Shown: in pieces, positions 1-7,730 of the stretch
Layout of the letters: every line of letters starts with the position of its first letter
Numbering within the stretch: position 1 is the first letter of the stretch
Assembly (NCBI GenBank): GCA_002436105.1
Contig: DIXU01000004.1
Location: forward strand, 40,166-72,165
Origin: Candidatus Aminicenantes bacterium UBA6072
GTDB lineage: Bacteria; Acidobacteriota; Aminicenantia; UBA2199
Reading direction: 5' to 3'
Length of the DNA: 32,000 nt
The notes under the pieces: generated by a model
What the model was told of the DNA's origin: nothing
Databases searched by the model: none
The model's input: only the letters and a program-made list of their open reading frames with translations
Translations under genes and position numbers: made by a program

Positions 1-283
1 GGCCTAAGTGGTAGTGATAGTGGTAGTGGTTGTCGAAGACCGGAGCATTTCCGGTTCTTTCTCATCACGCATCACTCATCACGCATCACGATATTACAGG
101 CAGAGTGTCAGTGTCAGTGACACTGTCAGCAGGAGGCCTTACAGGCCAAAGTGGTAGTGATAGTGGTAGTGGTTGTCGAAGACCGGAGCATTTCCGCTTC
201 TTTCTCATCACGCATCACTTATCACTCATCACGATATTACAGGCCAGAGTGTCAGTGACAGTGTCAGTGTCAGCAAGAAAATC
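1..283. repeat. Tandem mosaic repeat: two units of about 143 bp built from short-period modules. The array is cut by the window edge.
   Basis: gtggtagtgatagtggtagtggttgtcgaagaccggagcatttcc occurs at 8 and again at 151 (period 143). Each unit has a GGCCTAAG-like boundary, a GTGGTA/GTGATA run, an imperfect hairpin (aagaccgga / tccggttctt), a CATCAC/TCATCAC run and a GTGTCA/GTGACA run. ORF 30..305 is just this repeat translated. Confidence 0.9.
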
Positions 284-294
284 AACAGAATATA

Positions 295-330
295 GTGACG
301 AGTAACAAGTGACGAGTGACGAGTGACGAG
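295..330. repeat. Heptamer microsatellite (GTGACGA)n
   Basis: The sequence gtgacgagtaacaagtgacgagtgacgagtgacgag was read directly. It follows the two 143-bp units. Confidence 0.85.
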
Positions 331-417
331 GAAAAGCCGCAGTTCTTACTTTTTGCTATTCCATTTCATTTTTCACCCAGGTTCGATCGCTGGCCGTAGA
401 ACCTTAGCATCAGTTTC

Positions 418-458
418 CAACCTGGAACATGGAACGTGGAATCTTGCACCGAGATCTC
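418..458. repeat. GGAAC-run module of the mosaic repeat family. An inverted copy lies at 29229..29270.
   Basis: caacctggaacatggaacgtggaa...gagatctc here matches the reverse complement of ttccaagttccacgttccaagttccaggttg plus gagatctc at 29229-29270. Confidence 0.75.
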
Positions 459-474
459 GGTATTGAATTTCAAA

Positions 475-547
475 TGACCCCTGATGGAATCGAACCATCA
501 ACCTATTGATTAAGAGTCAATTGCTCTGCCAATTGAGCTAAGGGGCC
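475..547 (-). tRNA. tRNA-Lys (anticodon CUU), 73 nt, CCA not encoded
   Basis: The reverse complement reads GGCCCCTTAGCTCAATTGGCAGAGCAATTGACTCTTAATCAATAGGTTGATGGTTCGATTCCATCAGGGGTCA. Acceptor stem is GGCCCCT/AGGGGTC (one G-U pair). D stem is GCTC/GAGC. Anticodon stem is ATTGA/TCAAT with loop CTCTTAA, giving anticodon CTT. T arm is GATGG-TTCGATT-CCATC. Confidence 0.93.
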
Positions 548-558
548 ATTGAAGGAAA

Positions 559-587
559 AAACTACCATAAATTCGAGCTATTGTCAA
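559..587 (-). promoter_or_regulatory. Possible sigma70-type promoter for tRNA-Lys
   Basis: On the minus strand, TTGACA (582-587), a 17-nt spacer and TAGTTT (559-564), about 12 nt upstream of the tRNA 5' end. The -10 element is weak. Confidence 0.3.
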
Positions 588-766
588 TATCCGATCGAAT
601 AAACGGGCCCAGGTTCCTGAGACAGGCCTGCCGCATACGCTGAAGTGGCATAAAGAAGACGGGAAGCATGTTCTTGAGTTTTCCCTGTTTTATTGCTATC
701 CTTGTCCGAAAATGATAAGAAAAACGGATGCGGCGCGCTGACACAGGCAGGGAGAAAAGCTAGGAA

Positions 767-3376
767 ATGGCGAACTACAAAGGCAGGGACCTGAAGATCT
801 ACGCCTCGGACGAATCGCTGGCCGGGGACGAAAGAAATTACCGCAATGTCTTTGACGTGTGCGAGGTGTCGTTCATCTGGGCCGAATTCTCGTTCTATAA
901 CAAGCTGGTTGACGAGAAGAACTGGCGCATCAAATGCCATCTGCGGGTCATTGACAGGCAAAACAAAGTGGTCTGCGACCTGGATGCCAGCCAGGAAGTC
1001 CTCCTTGGAGAAGCGCTGAAAATCATCCGCGTGAAATGGGGGGCTGAACAGGAGAGCGCCTTCTGGGGAGAGGGCGAATACCGCTGGGAAGCCTGGGTGG
1101 ACGATGAATTGGTCTTTCACAGGACGTTCTATATCACGGATCAAGGGGCGGTCCTGCCCGGACACAACCCCTATTTCACGATCAATTCCCTCCGCTTATT
1201 TGAAGGCCCTTCCCTGATACTGGAACCTGATTCCCGGAACTATGCGAATCAATTCCCCTGTGACCAGGCGCGCTTCATCTGGCTGGAGTTGAAGGCGGAG
1301 AACCGGCTGGTGAATGAGCCGCATGATTGGCCCTGCGAGATCTTCGTCAGCCTGTTCGGCCCCACCATGCGGTTGAAAAGCCGGATCCGCAAGCTGTTTC
1401 TCGTCGGCCGAAACGAAGCGCAGTTCAGTGTCATCCTGGGCTGGGGCGCTGATGAAGCCGGCAGCTGGAAGGAAGGGGACTATCGCATCGAGGTGCATTT
1501 TATGGACCTGTTGCTGGCCAATATGAAATTTTCGATCACCGCCCCCGCGGACGGCGAAAAGGATGAGGAAGGCGTCAATGCCAACAAAAGGCTTACGTTC
1601 ATCTTCACCAAGGACCCGAAGCCGCTCAGGCCAGCGGAGGAAAAAGCCCCTTGCCCCGAGGATGTCCTGGACGGACTGAATGCCCTGATCAGCCTGGACG
1701 CGATCAAATCCCGGGTAACCGATTTCATTCAATACGTGCAATTCGTCAAGCTGAGGAAGGAGAAGGGGCTCCAGGAGGCGGACAGGATCAACCTGAACGC
1801 GATCTTCACCGGCAATCCCGGGACCGGGAAAACCATCGTCGCCAAGCAGCTGGGCGGTATCTTCAAGCGCATCGGGCTGCTGCCAGGCGGGCACCTGATC
1901 CAAGCCGACCGCTCCGACCTGGTCGGCGAGTACATCGGCCAAACCGCTCCCAGGACCAAGGCCCTGATCCAGAAGGCCCTGGGCGGCGTGCTGTTCATCG
2001 ACGAGGCCTACTCCCTGCAGCGCAGGGACGACGATGCCCGCGATTACGGCAGGGAGGTGATCGAGATCCTCCTCAAGCAGATCTCGGAGAACGAAGGGGA
2101 GCTGGCCGTCATCCTGGCCGGATATCCCCAGGAAATGGAAATCTTCATGAACTGCAACCCGGGGCTCAAGTCGCGTTTCGGCATGCATTTCGAGTTTCCC
2201 GACTATACCCCCCAGGAGCTCCGGCAGATCGCGGAGCTGGCGGCCAAAAAGCGGGGCATCGAGTTTTCCCCGCCGGCGGCCGAGCAGTTGTACAGGAAAC
2301 TGGTGGAGGCCTACCGCAACCGCGACCGCACCTTCGGCAACGCCCGCTTCGCCATCTCGCTGGTCGACGAGTCCAAGATCAACATGGCCCTGCGCCTGAT
2401 GCAGTTGCCCGATCGCCGGGACCTCGGCCGGGAAGCGTTGTCGCGGATCGAAGCCCCGGATGTGGAGAACATCCGCCTGAAGAAGCGCGGCAAGGTCCCC
2501 GACATTCCCGTCGACGAGGCGCTGCTCAAGGACGCCCTCCAGCAGCTGCAGGCCATGGTCGGCCTGGAAGCGATCAAGCACGAGATCGAGGAGCTGGTCA
2601 AGCTGGCTCGCTATTACCGGGAGATCGGCAAGGATATCCGCCGCGTCTTCTCCCTGCACTCGGTGTTCATGGGCAATCCCGGCACCGGCAAGACCACCGT
2701 GGCCCGCCTGATGGCCGACGTCTACAAGGCGCTGGGCATCCTGGAGCGCGGCCACCTGGTCGAGTGCGAGCGCCGTCAGCTGGTCGCCGGCTACGTCGGT
2801 CAGACCACGGAAAAAACCAACCGCCTGATCGACACCGCCATGGGCGGCGTGCTGTTCATCGACGAAGCCTACGCGCTGTCGCGGCGGGGAGCCGATGATT
2901 TCGGCATGGAGGCCATCGAGACGCTGCTGAAGCGCATGGACGACGACCGCGGCCTGTTCGTGGTCATCGTCGCCGGCTACGTGCAGAACATGAACCGGTT
3001 CATGGAGTCCAACCCGGGGCTGAAATCCCGCTTCGACCGCGTCCTGCATTTTGACGACTACACCGCCGCCGAGCTGAACGAGATCGCCCTGTTCCTGTTC
3101 GACAAGGAGGGCGTTTCCCTCGCCGCGGGGGTAAAGGACCATCTGCGCGGCTATTTCGCCGCCCTGTGCGCCATCGGCGATCCCAACCTGGGCAACGCCC
3201 GCATCGTCCGCCGCGTCTGCGAAAAGGCCGTCCGCAACCACGACCTGCGCCTGGCGGCGCTGCCCGCCAAGTCGCGCAAGTCAAAACAAGCGGGAACCCT
3301 TACCCTGGAGGACGTGCAGGAGTTCAGCGCCGACGACGTGCTTGCCCGGATCGACAATCGTATCGGATTCCGTTGA
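767..3376 (+). CDS. Double-module AAA+ ATPase of the CbbX/SpoVK/EccA type, with a duplicated N-terminal domain of unknown function
   Basis: ATG with AGGA 4 nt upstream and strong GC3 bias. Two Walker A motifs GNPGTGKT, each followed by GGVLFIDEAY (Walker B) and NPGLKSRF. The N-terminal ~270 aa is an internal duplication: FIWAEF..VKWGAE..WGEGEYRWE versus FIWLEL..LGWGADE..WKEGDYRIE. Confidence 0.9.
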   Translation: MANYKGRDLKIYASDESLAGDERNYRNVFDVCEVSFIWAEFSFYNKLVDEKNWRIKCHLRVIDRQNKVVCDLDASQEVLLGEALKIIRVKWGAEQESAFWGEGEYRWEAWVDDELVFHRTFYITDQGAVLPGHNPYFTINSLRLFEGPSLILEPDSRNYANQFPCDQARFIWLELKAENRLVNEPHDWPCEIFVSLFGPTMRLKSRIRKLFLVGRNEAQFSVILGWGADEAGSWKEGDYRIEVHFMDLLLANMKFSITAPADGEKDEEGVNANKRLTFIFTKDPKPLRPAEEKAPCPEDVLDGLNALISLDAIKSRVTDFIQYVQFVKLRKEKGLQEADRINLNAIFTGNPGTGKTIVAKQLGGIFKRIGLLPGGHLIQADRSDLVGEYIGQTAPRTKALIQKALGGVLFIDEAYSLQRRDDDARDYGREVIEILLKQISENEGELAVILAGYPQEMEIFMNCNPGLKSRFGMHFEFPDYTPQELRQIAELAAKKRGIEFSPPAAEQLYRKLVEAYRNRDRTFGNARFAISLVDESKINMALRLMQLPDRRDLGREALSRIEAPDVENIRLKKRGKVPDIPVDEALLKDALQQLQAMVGLEAIKHEIEELVKLARYYREIGKDIRRVFSLHSVFMGNPGTGKTTVARLMADVYKALGILERGHLVECERRQLVAGYVGQTTEKTNRLIDTAMGGVLFIDEAYALSRRGADDFGMEAIETLLKRMDDDRGLFVVIVAGYVQNMNRFMESNPGLKSRFDRVLHFDDYTAAELNEIALFLFDKEGVSLAAGVKDHLRGYFAALCAIGDPNLGNARIVRRVCEKAVRNHDLRLAALPAKSRKSKQAGTLTLEDVQEFSADDVLARIDNRIGFR

Positions 3377-3498
3377 TCGCTCATGTTTGCAAACACATCG
3401 AGTTCTCTGTTGAGTGGAATCGGATGAGATGGAGATCGTTTTGAAATCAGACATCTCCATATAAATCGTTGAAATATGTCTCAAATGGAGGAGGAGCT

Positions 3499-6400
3499 AT
3501 GGATAGACGGCCTGAATCGCCTGGTTTTGATTCTTCAGATAATCGACTAATCCGAGTCTTCGTTTCTTCCACTTTTCGTGACATGCTCGAAGAACGAGAT
3601 AAACTGATGACCCATACCTGGCCGGAGTTACGACGTTTTTGCAAAGAACGGCAAGTAGAACTGGTTGAAGTTGATTTACGCTGGGGGATTTCGGAAAGTC
3701 AGAGCGAACGAAATGAAACACTGAAATTATGCTTAGGTGAAATTCGTGCATGCCGCCCTTTTTTTATCGGATTACTTGGCGAACGTTACGGAGGAGCACC
3801 AGCGGACGCTGCTTTCACTGCCGACCTTAAGGAAGAACACCCATGGTTAATTAAAAATTACGGAAAAAGTTTTACTGAATTTGAAATCCTTTATGGAGTT
3901 CTCAACAATCCCGAAATGGCAGGCCGTGCTTTTTTTTATTTCCGCGATCCAGCTTATGCTAAGGCTCACGGGGTGGATTTCCTTGCTGAGAATACTAATG
4001 CTTCATTAAGGCAATCCGAATTAAAGGACGCCATCCGCGCTGTATGTAAAACGAAAAATATCCCTCTGTACGAAAACTACTCCGATCCGAGCGAGTTAGC
4101 TGCTCTTGTCCTCAATCAACTAAAAATGGCAATCGCCGACTTATTCCCAACAGAAGCCATTCCAGATCCGCTTGCACATGAGGCCCTAAATCACAAAGCA
4201 TTTGCAGAAATTCGTTGCCGTACATATATTGGGTGCCACGAATATTTTGATAAACTCAACAACTATATTAAGGGAAACGATACGCCAATTGTATTGCTGG
4301 GAGATTCAGGAAGTGGCAAATCTGCTTTGTTGGCCAACTGGATTCAGGAATGGTCGAAATCACATCCGAATGATATTATTTTCCAGCATTACATCGGAAG
4401 TACGCCGGATAGTATCGGACATTGGAAACTGATGACCCGATTGATGGCCGAAATAAATAAAATATCTGGGGTTTCCGATGAAATACCACATTCACACGAT
4501 GAAATTCTCTTAGCGTTTCCTGCCTGGTTGGCAAAAGCTCGAAGCAAGGCGGAGCGTGAGGGCTTCCATTTCATTGTCGTGCTAGATGCTCTCAATCAAC
4601 TTGAAGATGTAGACAATGCTAAAAATCTTGGTTGGTTACCATCCCATTCTTTTAAAGGCCCCTTAAAGCTTATAGTATCTACCCTTTCTGGTGACACCCT
4701 TAGAGCTCTGGATTTGAGGCATTGGGATACGCAAACAATTAAACCTCTTTCACCTGATGATCGCCGTAAGATGATTGGCGATTACTTATTACGTTTTGGC
4801 AAAAAAATCGATTCTGCTCGACTTATTCGCATTGCCGACAATCCAGCTACGGCCAATCCTCTTTATTTGAAAATATTTCTTGATGAATTGCGAGTTACAG
4901 GCACCCATGACAGGCTTGACGAACGAATCAACGATTATCTGGCTGCAACGGATATTCCATTATTAATGCAAAAAGTTCTGACACGTTACCAAAGTGACTA
5001 TGAACGGGACTGTCCAGGGCTGGTGAAAGAAGTGCTTGGGCTTATTTGGGCTTCTCGACGCGGGCTTACTGAAGCTGAGATACTGCGTATCCTGCGTCCT
5101 GCCGATTTGCCACAATTGCCGTTGGCATTTTGGTCCCCCCTGCGAGCGGCACTAGAGGAAAGCCTTATCGACAGAGGGGGATACCTGAATTACATTCACG
5201 ATTTCATTCGAATTGCTGTTGAGGTCGCTTTCGTGCCTGATGAGGACAGTAAAAACTCATTTCGCCAAAGGCTGGCGAGCCATTTTGAAGCCCAACCTGA
5301 AAACGAGCGAAATTGTGACGAGTTGCCATGGCTTTTAAAGCAGATGAATGCTCGAACCCGCCTCCGTAGTTGCTTGCTCGAAATAAACCGATTTATTTTT
5401 ATGTTCGCGCGAGATGAAGATGAAATCACGTCGAACTGGGTATGGCTGGGAGAAGTACAAGAGATGGGGAAATCCTATCAAGATGCATTTAAAAAATGGT
5501 CTTTGAGATCTGGGGGAGATAAAGATTCGAATTTCCGAGCTGCTGCCCGCATTAGTCATATTCTTTTCAAGGCAGGTTTAGTTAATGAAGCCGAACCGTT
5601 AATGCGAGAGGCACTCAAGATGTGTCCAAAAGGGGATCCAACTGAATTAACAGATTTGCTCAATGATTTCGCTAGATTGCTCAGCTCGACGAATAGAGTG
5701 GATGAAGCCCAAAAATATATGCGACAAGCGTTGCAAATAGATGAGTCTTTCTTTGGGAAACAGCACCAAAAAGTTGGCCGCGATTTAAATAGTCTCTCAA
5801 TAATGCTGGCTATGGCTCAACGCCCGGATGAAGCTATATCGTATATGCAACAAGCATTGCAAATCGCGGAAACCAATTTGGGAATGAATCATCCCGATGT
5901 AGGAACCGCAGCAAAGAATCTCGGGGTCCTATTACAAAACAATGGAAGACTTGATGAAGCCGAACCACTTTTACGACGAGCTCTTTTTATTTCCGAATCA
6001 AGCCTTGGGAAAGAGGATTCAAGCGTTGCCCAAAAAGCCTTAAGTCTCGGGTTTTTGCTACTGTATACGCAACGTTGGGAAGAAGCTGAATCTCTATTTC
6101 GCAGAGCTCTCTCCATACTTGAGAAGAGCTTCGGGCCGGAGCACCCAGATGTGGCGACGGCCCTAAATAACCTTGCCCAGTTGCTTAATTCAAGTAATCG
6201 ATCTAGCGAGGCGGAACCACTTTTGAAAAGAGCATTGTATATTGCGGAAACTACTTTTGGGAATAGCCATCCTAATGTATCCCTATACCTCTACAATCTC
6301 GCTCTGACTTACCAATTATTGAATCGAATTGACGAAGCTATACCGATGTTTCAAAAAGCATTGCAAATAAGCGAGTCAAACCTAGGTCCTTATCATCCAG

Positions 6401-7041
6401 AAGTGGTAAAAGATCGTAATAGCCTAATGGAGTTGATTGAGGCTGCAGCTCAAGTAAAAGAAAATGAATCTTTTTTGCGCAATGAATTGCATTTTGCCGA
6501 GGAACAATTCGGGAAGGATCATGTCCAAGTAGCGGAAAAACTCAATGAACTCGCCCAGTTTCTTCAAGCCACGAATCACCTGTCTGAAGCTGAAAATCTT
6601 ATGCGCAGGGTTATTTCAATTTTTATAAACTCAACACCAAAGAATCCGGCGAACCTGGTTATCAGTCTCAATAATCTAGCTGGCTTGTTTCAGGCTGGAA
6701 AACGATTACATGAGTCCCAACAGCAATTCCACGAGGCACTGAAAGTTGCTGAGGAGAATTTAGATAAAAATCACCTCGCGACGGCCATCACTCTTAACAA
6801 CCTTGCGATGTTACTTAAAACCGATGGACGACCGAAAGAAGCTCAACCATTTATGTGTAGAGTTATAGAAATATTTGAAAAAAATGCAAAAATTAATGGT
6901 CAATTGCATCCAAACTTCCAGGCAATTGTAAAAAACTATATTGAAATTCTGGAGTCGATTCAATGGAATCAATATCAAATCAGTTCACATTTAAATAAAA
7001 TAGCTCCCGACTATCGTTGGGACGACAAGTTTTGGAATTAA
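3499..7041 (+). CDS. DUF4062-like N-terminal domain + NACHT/STAND P-loop NTPase + about 11 kinesin-light-chain-type TPR units (NPHP3-like architecture; candidate Avs/bNACHT-like sensor)
   Basis: I chose ATG 3499 (GGAGGAGGAG at 3487-3496) rather than the TTG at 3469. N-terminus is IRVFVSSTFRDMLEERDKL..DLRWGISE. Walker A is LLGDSGSGKSALLANW and Walker B is FIVVLDALNQLED. The C-terminus repeats the 42-aa pattern EAEPLLRRAL.I.E...G..HPDVA..LNNLA. The gene is visibly AT-richer than both flanks. Confidence 0.9.
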   Translation: MDRRPESPGFDSSDNRLIRVFVSSTFRDMLEERDKLMTHTWPELRRFCKERQVELVEVDLRWGISESQSERNETLKLCLGEIRACRPFFIGLLGERYGGAPADAAFTADLKEEHPWLIKNYGKSFTEFEILYGVLNNPEMAGRAFFYFRDPAYAKAHGVDFLAENTNASLRQSELKDAIRAVCKTKNIPLYENYSDPSELAALVLNQLKMAIADLFPTEAIPDPLAHEALNHKAFAEIRCRTYIGCHEYFDKLNNYIKGNDTPIVLLGDSGSGKSALLANWIQEWSKSHPNDIIFQHYIGSTPDSIGHWKLMTRLMAEINKISGVSDEIPHSHDEILLAFPAWLAKARSKAEREGFHFIVVLDALNQLEDVDNAKNLGWLPSHSFKGPLKLIVSTLSGDTLRALDLRHWDTQTIKPLSPDDRRKMIGDYLLRFGKKIDSARLIRIADNPATANPLYLKIFLDELRVTGTHDRLDERINDYLAATDIPLLMQKVLTRYQSDYERDCPGLVKEVLGLIWASRRGLTEAEILRILRPADLPQLPLAFWSPLRAALEESLIDRGGYLNYIHDFIRIAVEVAFVPDEDSKNSFRQRLASHFEAQPENERNCDELPWLLKQMNARTRLRSCLLEINRFIFMFARDEDEITSNWVWLGEVQEMGKSYQDAFKKWSLRSGGDKDSNFRAAARISHILFKAGLVNEAEPLMREALKMCPKGDPTELTDLLNDFARLLSSTNRVDEAQKYMRQALQIDESFFGKQHQKVGRDLNSLSIMLAMAQRPDEAISYMQQALQIAETNLGMNHPDVGTAAKNLGVLLQNNGRLDEAEPLLRRALFISESSLGKEDSSVAQKALSLGFLLLYTQRWEEAESLFRRALSILEKSFGPEHPDVATALNNLAQLLNSSNRSSEAEPLLKRALYIAETTFGNSHPNVSLYLYNLALTYQLLNRIDEAIPMFQKALQISESNLGPYHPEVVKDRNSLMELIEAAAQVKENESFLRNELHFAEEQFGKDHVQVAEKLNELAQFLQATNHLSEAENLMRRVISIFINSTPKNPANLVISLNNLAGLFQAGKRLHESQQQFHEALKVAEENLDKNHLATAITLNNLAMLLKTDGRPKEAQPFMCRVIEIFEKNAKINGQLHPNFQAIVKNYIEILESIQWNQYQISSHLNKIAPDYRWDDKFWN

Positions 7042-7215
7042 ACTTGATCATAAGGAGAGTGGTGATTCCATCGGCAAACCACTTTGTTACAGATCAAACT
7101 TCAGGTACAAGAAATGCCCATTTTATCATGGGGAGATTGGCAAAAATAGTCGCATCAAGGGAACCCCTTGAAAATTATCTTACTAAACTGGATAATCTGT
7201 CAGGGAAGTCGATTT

Positions 7216-7722
7216 ATGGATTCCGATCCAGAGCAAAATCCGGATAACCAGGCCCCTTTGCATTCGCATGGTCCCAGGTCTCCGCTTACAGGCCCGGAAA
7301 AGATAGGAATCCATCCAATGGGAGCCTCCGATCATGGACCTCGCCATAACGATGAACTCCGGATCGTTAATGGTGACAAAGTCGTGATTGACAAGGATTC
7401 GGGATTGGTTTGGCACCAGTCGGGATCGCTCGATATTTTGCTGAATGAAGAGGCCCTTTATTGGCTGAGGGATCTGAACAAGCGGGGATATGCCGGAGGC
7501 TCCGACTGGCGACTGCCCTCGGTGGATGAAGGGCTGGCGCTGTTGGAATTTACTAGAATGAATGGCGATCTCTACATCGATCCTGTTTTCTCCAGGCGCC
7601 AGGAATGGATCTGGACAAGCGATGGCTTCGCGCCCGAATACTTCTGGGTAATCCGCTTCGCCCTGGCCTGCAAGGCCCCTTACAGTCATATTCATCGCGC
7701 CTTCGTCCGACCCGTGCGTTAG
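7216..7722 (+). CDS. DUF1566 (Lcl C-terminal domain)-like protein
   Basis: ATG 7216 with AGGGAAG 7 nt upstream; the track start TTG 7168 is less likely. Motifs DKDSGLVWHQ, GGSDWRLPSVDEGLALLE and EWIWTSD match my memory of DUF1566. Confidence 0.7.
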   Translation: MDSDPEQNPDNQAPLHSHGPRSPLTGPEKIGIHPMGASDHGPRHNDELRIVNGDKVVIDKDSGLVWHQSGSLDILLNEEALYWLRDLNKRGYAGGSDWRLPSVDEGLALLEFTRMNGDLYIDPVFSRRQEWIWTSDGFAPEYFWVIRFALACKAPYSHIHRAFVRPVR

Positions 7723-7730
7723 GGAAGATC

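Noticed and set aside
1-283. Could the 143-bp tandem repeats be a CRISPR array?
   Set aside because: There is no alternation of a conserved repeat with unique spacers. The whole 143-bp unit repeats and is internally periodic. No cas genes are present in the window.
30-305. A 91-aa ORF across the mosaic repeat (SGSDSGSG, LITHHASLITHH, VSVSV).
   Set aside because: It is simply the translation of the tandem microsatellite blocks. The same peptide appears at the start of the shadow ORF 28323..29333 on the other strand, and there is no RBS.
475-547. tRNA-Lys as the attachment site for the STAND or defence islands.
   Set aside because: The tRNA 3' end faces left (toward 1-470), away from the islands. 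I saw no integrase and no duplicated tRNA 3' fragment elsewhere in the window. The repeat array to the left could still be element-related, but that lies outside the window.
584-1165. A 193-aa minus-strand ORF overlapping the start of the AAA+ gene and reaching toward the tRNA.
   Set aside because: It overlaps a well-supported plus-strand CDS, has no motifs, and would run through the putative tRNA promoter.
1196-3241. Very long antisense or alternative-frame ORFs in the high-GC regions. Examples: 1196..3241(-), 1651..2898(+), 11624..12412(-), 12698..13480(-), 23702..24625(-), 26127..27593(+), 27572..28390(-), 28323..29333(-), 29744..31750(-).
   Set aside because: They fully overlap ORFs that have clear domain motifs and GC3 bias. 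Their translations are Arg/Gly/Ala/Pro-rich, low-complexity strings typical of shadow ORFs in GC-rich DNA.
7605-7730. An upstream extension of the 7731 gene (track start 7605), and the TTG starts at 3469, 7168 and 15950.
   Set aside because: The extensions overlap the preceding gene or lack an SD. Downstream ATGs at 7731, 3499, 7216 and 15965 each have a well-spaced purine-rich SD.
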